A stretch of DNA of 64,000 bases from an uncultured Clostridia bacterium (GTDB taxonomy: Bacteria > Bacillota > Clostridia > TANB77 > CAG-508): NCBI GenBank assembly GCA_934122155.1, contig CAKOVX010000001.1, forward strand, positions 109,195-173,194, read 5' to 3'. This document shows positions 46,185 to 54,533 of this stretch, in pieces; within the stretch, counting starts at the first letter, position 1; each line of letters starts with the position of its first letter. The notes beneath the pieces are model-generated. The model was not told where the DNA came from and did no database searches. It saw only the letters and a list, made by a program, of their open reading frames with translations. A program made the position numbers and the translations under genes.

Positions 46185-47327
46185 TTACCAGTGGCAATAA
46201 TCAAGAGGGTCTACCTCACTACCATAATATTGACTCTTACGAACTTCAAAGTGTAAGTGTGGTCCTGAGCTTACTCCTGTGTTTCCGCTTTTAGCAATTT
46301 TTTGTCCAACAGATACTGTTTGTCCTTTTGATACAAGAATTGAACTTAAATGTTGATATAATGTATATAAATTATCAGCATGTTTTACTATTACAAATTT
46401 TCCTCTAGCCCAATTTGAGCCTGTTGAAATTACTATTCCATTTCCTGCTGATAATACTGGCGTTCCTGTGCTAACCGCTATATCTATTGCTCCATGGTTT
46501 GTAGTAGCTCCCGGCACTGGTGCAGTTCTATTTCCAAAATATGATGTTATATAATGTAAAGATTTTGCAAGTGGCCAACTTAATGTTCCTACAAATCTTC
46601 CTGTATATGAATCATTATAATCATTTGCAGATTTTGCAAGTTCTTCTTCTAATTTTTGAATTTCTTTATTATATTTATTTATTTCAGTTTGTAATTTTTT
46701 TTGTTCAGCTGTTAAATTTTCAACCTTTGCCTCTTTGCTAGCTTTTGCAACTTTTATTTTGCTTTGTTTATCTTGTACTGATTTTTTACTACTTGCTAGT
46801 TCTTTTTTTTGTTTTTCTAATTCTGTTTTTGCACTTTCTACTTCATTTTTTTGGGCTTCTACCTTGTCCATTTGTTCATTATCTGCATCTGTTAATTGTT
46901 GAACTTTTGAACTCATAGAAATGTAGTCCCATATATTATCCGAAGCCAATAAAACATCTAAGAAGGTTATTCTTCCTTGTTCATAAATTGCAACAAGCCT
47001 ATCTTCTAATAATTGTTTTTTCTCATCATAGTCTTTTTGTAATTTATCAATCTCTGCATTTTTTTCTTTTATGCTTTTTTCCATCTTAGTTATTTTACTG
47101 TTTAATTCGTCAATTTCAGATTGATATTGTTCAATCTCATCATCTAGTTTATCAATTTCGTTTAAGACTGTTTCTTTTTCAGCTGTAACTGCTTTTTTAC
47201 TTTTTGTTGCTGTACTTAAATTATCTTTGGCTGCATTTAGGTCTGACTGTGTTGTTGCAAACACTCTTGCACATGCAGCTTGCAATATAATTAAAATTAA
47301 TAAAATAGATATAATTTTTCTTTTCAT
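46185..47327 (-). CDS. M23 family metallopeptidase with N-terminal coiled coil (second paralog)
   Basis: Signal peptide, coiled coil, HGAIDIA...GNTGVSSGPHLHFEVR. Confidence 0.8.
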   Translation of the reverse strand: MKRKIISILLILIILQAACARVFATTQSDLNAAKDNLSTATKSKKAVTAEKETVLNEIDKLDDEIEQYQSEIDELNSKITKMEKSIKEKNAEIDKLQKDYDEKKQLLEDRLVAIYEQGRITFLDVLLASDNIWDYISMSSKVQQLTDADNEQMDKVEAQKNEVESAKTELEKQKKELASSKKSVQDKQSKIKVAKASKEAKVENLTAEQKKLQTEINKYNKEIQKLEEELAKSANDYNDSYTGRFVGTLSWPLAKSLHYITSYFGNRTAPVPGATTNHGAIDIAVSTGTPVLSAGNGIVISTGSNWARGKFVIVKHADNLYTLYQHLSSILVSKGQTVSVGQKIAKSGNTGVSSGPHLHFEVRKSQYYGSEVDPLDYCHW

Positions 47328-47339
47328 ATTTTTTCTCCC

Positions 47340-48266
47340 TTATACCTCTAAATATTTTTTCATTGAAATTGCACTTCCTAATGCTCCAATTCCAATTCCC
47401 AATACCAAGTATACTATTAATAAAGTTTTAAATAATTCTTGGAATGTTAGTAGTGGTATATTTATCATACTGTTAATTAATGATTGCTGAATTTGAGCTG
47501 TTACTGCATTGTATGCAAATGCTAAAATTACTAATGAAATTAAAACTGAAATTAGTCCAATTAGCATACCTTCTACCATAAAAGGCCATCTAATAAACCC
47601 ATTAGTTGCTCCAACGTATTTCATGATAGAAATTTCTTTTCTTCTTGCATGTACTGTTAATTTTATAGTATTTGTTATAATGAATATTGAAATAAATATT
47701 AAAATAATTAATATAATTGTTGTAATAATATTAATTCCATCTGCTATTTTTATTAATGCATTAATTGTATCTGTTCTAACTTCAACACTTGATACTATTT
47801 TTGAAGTTTCAATTTCACTTTTTACCGCTTCTGCTTTTGTTAAATCTGTAAGTGTAATAACAAATGAATCTTTAAATGGATTGTTATCTCCATCATATGT
47901 ATCCCACAAAGACTTTTTGTCTTTAAACATCCTCTTCATTTCTTCTAAGGCTTCTGCTTTTGTTTTATCTTCTATTGTGTTTACATATTGGTTGCTTCTT
48001 ATCTTATTTTTCAATTCTGCCTTTTGTTCTGCTGTTGCCTCATTTAAAATAAAAACCTGCATTCCTTGTTGTTCTTCTATTGTTTTAGTAATATGGTTTA
48101 TATTTTGGCTTACTGCAAAAAATATTCCAAATACAAACATAGTTGCACACATTATAATTAGTGAAGCTATTGTTGATTTTTTATTTTTGAATACATTTCT
48201 AAATCCTTCACCAATCAAATAACCAAAAATACTATATCTCACTGCTATATCCACCCCTTCTATCAT
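47340..48266 (-). CDS. ftsX: Cell division ABC transporter permease-like protein FtsX
   Basis: 4 TM helices with a large extracellular loop and the FtsX C-terminal TM bundle; overlaps ftsE. Exact start uncertain (possibly a GTG slightly downstream). Confidence 0.8.
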   Translation of the reverse strand: MIEGVDIAVRYSIFGYLIGEGFRNVFKNKKSTIASLIIMCATMFVFGIFFAVSQNINHITKTIEEQQGMQVFILNEATAEQKAELKNKIRSNQYVNTIEDKTKAEALEEMKRMFKDKKSLWDTYDGDNNPFKDSFVITLTDLTKAEAVKSEIETSKIVSSVEVRTDTINALIKIADGINIITTIILIILIFISIFIITNTIKLTVHARRKEISIMKYVGATNGFIRWPFMVEGMLIGLISVLISLVILAFAYNAVTAQIQQSLINSMINIPLLTFQELFKTLLIVYLVLGIGIGALGSAISMKKYLEV

Positions 48267-48918
48267 CTCTTACGATATTGCCTTCTTCAATCTGTATAAC
48301 TCTTTTTTTCATTTTGTCTACAATATCTCTTGCATGTGTTGCCACTACCACTGTTGTTCCTCTTTTATTAATATCATCTAATAGTGACATAATTTCCCAT
48401 GCTGTTTCTGGGTCTAAATTTCCAGTAGGCTCATCTGCAATTAGCATAGATGGATTATTTACTAATGCTCTTGCTAGTGCAACTCTTTGTTGCTCCCCAC
48501 CTGATAATTCATTTGGATACATTTTGGCTTTATTGCTTAGTCCTACTAAAGATAATATCATAGGCACTTGTCTTCTAATATGCCTTGGTGTTGCTCTTAC
48601 AATATACATAGCATATGCTACATTATCATATACTGTTCTATCTGGCAAAAGCCTAAAGTCTTGAAATACCACTCCCATACTTCTTCTTAAAAAAGGGATT
48701 CTTTTTGGTTTTAAGAATGTTGTATCTTTTCCATTAATAATAATATTTCCTTTTGTAGGTTCTTCTTCTTTTAGTATTAACTTAATTAAAGTAGACTTAC
48801 CAGAGCCTGAACTTCCTACTAAAAATGCAAAATCTCCTTTTTCTATTGTAAAATTTGCATTGTGAACAGCTTCTGTTCCTGTGTCATAAGTCTTGCTGAC
48901 ATTTCTAAATTCTATCAT
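48232..48918 (-). CDS. ftsE: Cell division ATP-binding protein FtsE
   Basis: Walker A GSSGSGKST, ABC signature LSGGEQQR, Walker B LIADEPTGNLD. Confidence 0.9.
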   Translation of the reverse strand: MIEFRNVSKTYDTGTEAVHNANFTIEKGDFAFLVGSSGSGKSTLIKLILKEEEPTKGNIIINGKDTTFLKPKRIPFLRRSMGVVFQDFRLLPDRTVYDNVAYAMYIVRATPRHIRRQVPMILSLVGLSNKAKMYPNELSGGEQQRVALARALVNNPSMLIADEPTGNLDPETAWEIMSLLDDINKRGTTVVVATHARDIVDKMKKRVIQIEEGNIVRDDRRGGYSSEI

Positions 48919-49011
48919 TAAAGTTAACTCCTATCTAAGATTAGACATCTTATTTCATATTCTCCTTTATCATAACAATAAAACCTATTATTTGCAATAG
49001 TTTTTTTTGGA

Positions 49012-49066
49012 AAAAAGCAGAATAATTTTGCTTTAAACAAGCAATTATTCTGCTTTACCGCTCTTT
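49012..49066 (-). terminator. Terminator downstream of the transketolase genes
   Basis: AGCAGAATAATT...AATTATTCTGCT 12-bp stem, followed on the minus strand by TTTTTTCC. Confidence 0.65.
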
Positions 49067-49101
49067 TCTAGGTTTATTAAAAATTCACAAAAAATTCACA
49101 A

Positions 49102-50037
49102 TTATTCTTTTACCTTTTCTATAATAGCTTCACTATCTAGTTTAAAATATTTTAATAGTTGCTCTGCTTTTCCAGATTTTCCAAATTTATCTTTCATTCC
49201 CATTCTTGTTACTTTTGTTGGGCATTCTTCTGATAGTACTTCGCAAATTGCAGTACCTAATCCACCAATTATGCTATGGTCTTCAATAGTGATTAGCCTT
49301 TTAGTTTCTTTAGCACATTTTATTATCATTTCCTTATCAATTGGTTTTATTGTATGTACATCAATTACACGAATATTTATATTTTCCTTTTCAAGCTCCT
49401 CTTTGGCTTTTAATGCTTCTGCTACTTCAACACCTGTTGCAAACACAGTAGCGTCTGTACCCTCTCCTATTTGTACCATTTTGCCTATTTCAAATTTTTG
49501 ATTTTCATCATATATAACTGGTGTTGCAACTCTTGCTAAACGAATATATACTGGGCCATCAATTTTTGCCATTTCTTTTATAGCCCATCTAGTTTGTACA
49601 TCATCAGAAGTACATAGCACTGTCATATTTGGAATGCTTCTCATCAAGCTTAAGTCTTCTAACATTTGGTGTGTTGCTCCATCTTCTCCAACAGTAACTC
49701 CAGCATGTGTTCCACAAATTTTTACATTAAGATTTGGATAAGCAACACTATTTCTAATTTGGTCATATGCTCTTCCTGCTGCAAACATTGCAAAAGTACT
49801 TGCAAAAGGTATCTTTCCAGTTGTTGCTAAACCTGCTGATATTCCTATCATATTTTGTTCTGCTATTCCTACATTTATAAACCTATCTGGAAACTCTTTT
49901 TCAAAAAGACTAGTTTTAGTTGCTCCTGCCAAATCAGCTGTCAAAACAACTACATTTTCATTTTCCTTTCCTAACTCCACAAGAGCCTTTCCAAAACTCT
50001 CACGAGTAGCAATTTTATTATCTAAATCCATATTCAT
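49102..50037 (-). CDS. tkt: Transketolase, C-terminal subunit (pyrimidine-binding and C-terminal domains)
   Basis: 311 aa, typical split-tkt C-subunit (FGKALVELGKEN..., IGGLGTAICE). Confidence 0.9.
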   Translation of the reverse strand: MNMDLDNKIATRESFGKALVELGKENENVVVLTADLAGATKTSLFEKEFPDRFINVGIAEQNMIGISAGLATTGKIPFASTFAMFAAGRAYDQIRNSVAYPNLNVKICGTHAGVTVGEDGATHQMLEDLSLMRSIPNMTVLCTSDDVQTRWAIKEMAKIDGPVYIRLARVATPVIYDENQKFEIGKMVQIGEGTDATVFATGVEVAEALKAKEELEKENINIRVIDVHTIKPIDKEMIIKCAKETKRLITIEDHSIIGGLGTAICEVLSEECPTKVTRMGMKDKFGKSGKAEQLLKYFKLDSEAIIEKVKE

Positions 50038-50180
50038 ATATCTCCTTTTTAATTTTTAATTTGAAATAGAATTAGTATATTGCAAAGCGAGGTGTATTAA
50101 AAAGGCAAGGGCGCATACGTTGGTATGCAACTGCGTTTTTAATGCTCCTCAACGAAGCAAGATGCTGATTATATTTCAAA

Positions 50181-51017
50181 TTAACCTATAATATGTTGAA
50201 GCTTAAGCTCATTTATAGCCTCCTCATATTGCTCCTGATTTGGAGCTTTACCATGCCATTCTGCTTTTCCTTCCATAAATGAAACTCCCTTTCCTTTTAT
50301 GGTATGAGCAATCACAACACTAGGCACTTCCTTTTGATGTTTTGCAATAGCAAATGCATTTATCAATGCTTCTATATCATGTCCATTTACTTCAATAACA
50401 TTAAATCCAAAGCTTTCAAATTTTTCTTTTATATCTATTAACCCTGCTACGTCTTCTACATTTCCATCTATTTGTAAAGTATTATAGTCTACAATTGCAC
50501 ACAAATTGTCCAGCTTGTTTTTGCTTGCAGCCATTGCAGCTTCCCATACTTGTCCTTCTTCAATCTCTCCGTCTCCAAGTAAACAATATACTCTGTAACC
50601 CTCATGGTCTAATTTTGAGCCAATTGCCATTCCCACAGCAGCTGATAAGCCTTGTCCTAGTGAGCCTGTTGACATATCAACTCCAGGCACTTTTTTCATA
50701 TCTGGGTGACCTTGTAAAACGCTTTCTACTTTTCTAAAACCTTTTAAAAGTTCCTTATCAAAGTATCCCTTTCTTGCAAGTGTTGCATATAATGCTGGAG
50801 CACAGTGTCCTTTTGATAATACGAACCTATCTCTTTCTTTTGCATTTGGTTCTTCTGGGTCTATATTCATTTGATTAAAGTATAAAACAGCTAAAATGTC
50901 TGCACAAGAAAGTGAGCCTCCTGGGTGGCCTGAAGATGCGTTATATACTTGTTCAATAATTCCTATTCTAATATCATTAGCAATATTTGCCAAGCCTTCT
51001 GCTTTTGTAATTTTCAT
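50181..51017 (-). CDS. tkt: Transketolase, N-terminal subunit (TPP-binding)
   Basis: GHPGGSLSCADILAVLYF, GDGEIEEGQVWEA TPP motif. Confidence 0.9.
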   Translation of the reverse strand: MKITKAEGLANIANDIRIGIIEQVYNASSGHPGGSLSCADILAVLYFNQMNIDPEEPNAKERDRFVLSKGHCAPALYATLARKGYFDKELLKGFRKVESVLQGHPDMKKVPGVDMSTGSLGQGLSAAVGMAIGSKLDHEGYRVYCLLGDGEIEEGQVWEAAMAASKNKLDNLCAIVDYNTLQIDGNVEDVAGLIDIKEKFESFGFNVIEVNGHDIEALINAFAIAKHQKEVPSVVIAHTIKGKGVSFMEGKAEWHGKAPNQEQYEEAINELKLQHIIG

Positions 51018-51122
51018 TATATTTATCTCCTTTCACGGTTATGATATGCATATTATATATTTAAAATATGTTTAATTCAACAAATTCACAAAAAATCCAC
51101 AATCTAATTTTTATATTTGAAA

Positions 51123-51152
51123 AAGGCAGCTTATATTAAATAAGCTTGCCTT
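51123..51152 (-). terminator. upp terminator
   Basis: AAGGCAAGCTTAT...AAGCTGCCTT hairpin plus T-run immediately after the upp stop. Confidence 0.65.
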
Positions 51153-51158
51153 CTAAAT

Positions 51159-51785
51159 TTATTTTGTACCAAATATTCTGTCTCCAGCATCTCCTAATCC
51201 TGGTACAATATATTTATTTTCATTTAAGTGATCATCTATATGTGCACAATATATTGGTACATCCGGATGTTCTTTTTTTACTCTTGCTAGTCCTTCTGGT
51301 GCTGCAATTATGCACAAGAATTTCATTTTTGTGACTCCTTTGCTTTTTAAAAGTTCTATTGCATCAACAGCAGATCCTCCTGTTGCAAGCATTGGGTCTA
51401 ATATAATTACTTCTTTTTCTTCAATATGTTTTGGTACTTTAAAGAAATAGTTTACAGGTTCAAAGGTTTTTTCATCTCTATACATTCCTATATGTCCAAT
51501 TTTTGCATTTGGTATCACTCTAGTTATTCCTTCTAACATTCCCATTCCTGCTCTTAAAATTGGAACAAATGCATATTTGTCTTCATTTAATTTTCCTGAT
51601 TTAAATTTAGTAATTGGTGTTTCAACTTCTACTTCTTCTAGCTCGGCTTCTCCCATTGCTTCATAGCACAAAAACATTGCTATTTCACTAACTAACTCCC
51701 TAAATTCTTTTGTTCCCGTTTTTTTGTCTCTCAAAATTGCCAATTTATGTTCTATTAATGGGTGCTTTAACTCTTTTACTTCCAT
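51159..51785 (-). CDS. upp: Uracil phosphoribosyltransferase
   Basis: 208 aa; MEVKELKHPLIEHKLAILRDK...; PRPP-binding loop ILDPMLATGGSA. Confidence 0.9.
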   Translation of the reverse strand: MEVKELKHPLIEHKLAILRDKKTGTKEFRELVSEIAMFLCYEAMGEAELEEVEVETPITKFKSGKLNEDKYAFVPILRAGMGMLEGITRVIPNAKIGHIGMYRDEKTFEPVNYFFKVPKHIEEKEVIILDPMLATGGSAVDAIELLKSKGVTKMKFLCIIAAPEGLARVKKEHPDVPIYCAHIDDHLNENKYIVPGLGDAGDRIFGTK

Positions 51786-51806
51786 AAGCTTTTCCTTCTT
51801 TCTTTA

Positions 51807-53159
51807 TTATATTTTTACAGTTTCCTTTTTTATTTCTTTTTTGCTCTCTGCTGACTCTAGCCTTTTATTTTTTGTTTTATCACTTGGTATAAAAAGATTT
51901 AATAATATTCCAACTACTGCCGCTAAGCTCATTCCAGAAATGGTAAGTGAAAAATCTCCATTTACTATTGATACTACTGCTCCACCTAAGCCTAATACTA
52001 GCATTGTTGATGCAACTACTACATTTTTTGGATCTTCAAAGTCCAATTGATTTTGAATAAGTACTTTTAATCCATTTACTGCTATAAATCCATATAAAAG
52101 TAATGAAACTCCTCCTAATACTGGTTGTGGAATACTTGAAACTATTGCTGTGAATTTACCTAAGAAACCAAGTCCTATTGCTATAATAGCAGCTAAACCT
52201 ATTACCCAAACTGATGCAATTTTAGTCATTCCAACTACTGATGTGTTTTCTCCATATGTTGTATTAGCTGGTCCTCCTAGTGCTCCTGCTACAAATGTAG
52301 CAATACCATCTCCCAATAAAGTTCTGTCTAGTCCAGGGGTCTTTAATAAATCTTTATTTATAATTGCACTTAAGGCTGTGTGATCTCCAATATGTTCTGC
52401 CATTGTTACTAGTGCAATTGGTGCTATTGTTAGTACTGGTCCAAAGTTTAATGCATAATCTTTAAATGGTAGTATAAAGCTTGGCATACTGAAGAATCCT
52501 GCTTGTGCCACTTGAGTAAAGTCTACTAGTCCTAAGCAAATTGATAATACATAACCTGTTCCAATTCCAACTAAGAATGGAATTATTTTCAAAAATCCTT
52601 TTGCTTTAGTCATTACAATTGCTGTTACCAAGAATGAAACTGCTGCAACTAATACACCTTTCCATTCAAATGGTGTTCCTGAGGTTAATCCTATTTGTGA
52701 TATAGCACTTGGTGCTAACCCTAAGCCTATAATCATAATCATTGGTCCAATCACTACTGGTGGTAATAGTTTGTCAAGCCAGCCTTTTCCTGTAAAGTGA
52801 ATGATTGTTGCTACTATTACATAAATTAAACCTACTGCCATAATTCCTGTCATTGCTCCAGATGTTCCACCTTTCAAAAAGGCTGCTGCAATTGGTGTTA
52901 TAAATGCAAATGAGCTTCCTAAATAAACTGGTGATTTTCCTTTTGTGCATAGTATGTAAATTAATGTTCCTATTCCTGAAGTTACTAATGCTACTGGAAT
53001 TGTAAGTACTGTTTCTCCTGCTGCTGAATTTACTAGTATTGGTACTAAAATAGTTGCACCAAACATAGCAAAAACATGTTGGATCGCTAAAATAATCCAT
53101 TTGCCAATTGTTGGCTTTTCATTTACGTCTAAAATCATTTTGCTTTTGTTCATAAACAT
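51807..53159 (-). CDS. pyrP: Uracil permease (NCS2 family)
   Basis: ~12 TM helices; NCS2 signature regions (QHVFAMFGATILVP, GENTSVVGMTK); adjacent to upp. Confidence 0.85.
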   Translation of the reverse strand: MFMNKSKMILDVNEKPTIGKWIILAIQHVFAMFGATILVPILVNSAAGETVLTIPVALVTSGIGTLIYILCTKGKSPVYLGSSFAFITPIAAAFLKGGTSGAMTGIMAVGLIYVIVATIIHFTGKGWLDKLLPPVVIGPMIMIIGLGLAPSAISQIGLTSGTPFEWKGVLVAAVSFLVTAIVMTKAKGFLKIIPFLVGIGTGYVLSICLGLVDFTQVAQAGFFSMPSFILPFKDYALNFGPVLTIAPIALVTMAEHIGDHTALSAIINKDLLKTPGLDRTLLGDGIATFVAGALGGPANTTYGENTSVVGMTKIASVWVIGLAAIIAIGLGFLGKFTAIVSSIPQPVLGGVSLLLYGFIAVNGLKVLIQNQLDFEDPKNVVVASTMLVLGLGGAVVSIVNGDFSLTISGMSLAAVVGILLNLFIPSDKTKNKRLESAESKKEIKKETVKI

Positions 53160-53195
53160 TTCCTCCTTTTACTTTTTGACACAAAGCGCAAATAA

Positions 53196-53228
53196 AAAAC
53201 ACTAATAATATTTATTAGTGTTTTTTTA
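53196..53228 (-). terminator. Intrinsic terminator/attenuator in the pyrP leader, immediately upstream of the pyrP RBS
   Basis: AAAAAACACTAATAA...TTATTAGTGTTTTTT perfect stem with a U-run, 30 nt before the pyrP ATG. The 35-aa ORF (53331..53224) ends inside the 5' arm. Confidence 0.6.
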
Positions 53229-53388
53229 ATAATATAGAAAATAAAGAAATTATGAAAACAGCAATCGCTTGAATTGCTTGCTCTGTTTTAGCTAATTTCA
53301 TTTTACCTTCTAAAAATTTTGTCATTTTTTGTACCTCTTTTGAGAGATATTACTATACTTTTAAAAAAAATGCAATAGTTTTTTATAA

Positions 53389-53580
53389 TTATATATTAAA
53401 ATATATAATTAAAGCCCCTGCTATTGATATTAAAAAGCCTAATATTTTTAGTCCAGATGTCCCCTCATTTTGGTCGCCAAAACTAAATACTTTTTTTGTT
53501 ATTATTCTTGCATCAAAAATACATACTACTCCAACTGTTGCTATAATTAGTCCTATTATTATTAAAATTATTTTTTCCAT
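53389..53580 (-). CDS. Hypothetical small membrane protein (63 aa, two TM)
   Basis: MEKIILIIIGLIIATVGVVCIF...LISIAGALIIYFNI. Confidence 0.4.
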   Translation of the reverse strand: MEKIILIIIGLIIATVGVVCIFDARIITKKVFSFGDQNEGTSGLKILGFLISIAGALIIYFNI

Positions 53581-53589
53581 AATTACTCC

Positions 53590-54486
53590 CTAAAAGAATT
53601 CTACTGTATACTTGCACTCAAACAATGTATTTGGTTTTAATGATATAATATCTTGTTTTTGTGTAAATACTCCTGTGCTTTTTACATTGTCTGCTGTTGA
53701 ATACCATGGTTCAATACATATAAATGGTGCATTTGGTTTTGACCAAATAGCTAAATATGGAAACCCTGTAAAGTCCATAGTAAGTATTTTCTTTCCTGTT
53801 GCTTTATTTTTTAAACTTATTTTATTTGATGTAATACCTTTCATAATTAAAGCATCATTATCAAATGTATGTGAATCAATTAGTATTTTTCTTTTATCTA
53901 CTATGCGGTCTTTTGCATAGTCTATTCCAACCAACCCATCTACTAGGTATAAAAAGTGAATTTTTTCTTCGTCTTCTTCAAACTCTAAATAATAATTTCC
54001 TTTTTTTAGTTCTTGTGCATCTATTTTAAATGCTGGGTGCCCACCTATTCCAAATGGTAGGTTTATTAACCCTGTATTTACTACTCTATATATTGTAGTT
54101 AGTTTATTTTCCTCTGTACGATATGTATTATATAGCTCAAATTCATAAGGGTATCTTGTTAATGTATATTTATTGCTTTTTAAAACATAAGAATGGAAGT
54201 GATCTAGCTTAGTTATTGGCTCAAAGTCCATATCTCTTGCAAAGCCATGTTGCATTAGTTCATATGTTCTTCCACCTATTAATGTTTGATTTTTCTTTAG
54301 TTTGCCTACTATTGGGAATAATACTGGTGAATGTCTTTTCCAATATATTTTGCCATTTTCGTCCATGCATTGTTCGCCTTGATGTATTTTTTCTTCACCA
54401 TTTACTTTAAAGCTTATTAGTTCCCCACCTTTTTTTGATGTTAACATTTGAGTGTACATAGGCTGCTCCTTTCTTATTTTTACCAT
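53590..54486 (-). CDS. Aldose 1-epimerase family protein (galactose mutarotase-like)
   Basis: HSPVLFPIVGKLKKNQ...GGRTYELMQHGFARD and GGHPAF motifs of the aldose-epimerase superfamily; start may be the MYTQM codon. Confidence 0.6.
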   Translation of the reverse strand: MVKIRKEQPMYTQMLTSKKGGELISFKVNGEEKIHQGEQCMDENGKIYWKRHSPVLFPIVGKLKKNQTLIGGRTYELMQHGFARDMDFEPITKLDHFHSYVLKSNKYTLTRYPYEFELYNTYRTEENKLTTIYRVVNTGLINLPFGIGGHPAFKIDAQELKKGNYYLEFEEDEEKIHFLYLVDGLVGIDYAKDRIVDKRKILIDSHTFDNDALIMKGITSNKISLKNKATGKKILTMDFTGFPYLAIWSKPNAPFICIEPWYSTADNVKSTGVFTQKQDIISLKPNTLFECKYTVEFF

Positions 54487-54533
54487 ATATATAATATTGC
54501 TTTTTTATGTAAATGTCAATATTTTTAGCTCAA

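Noticed and set aside
50038-50180. 143-bp gap between the two transketolase subunit genes as a possible riboswitch or attenuator
   Set aside because: Only a weak 6-bp hairpin (GCATAC-CAAC-GTATGC) without a U-run and no recognisable riboswitch consensus; probably an ordinary spacer
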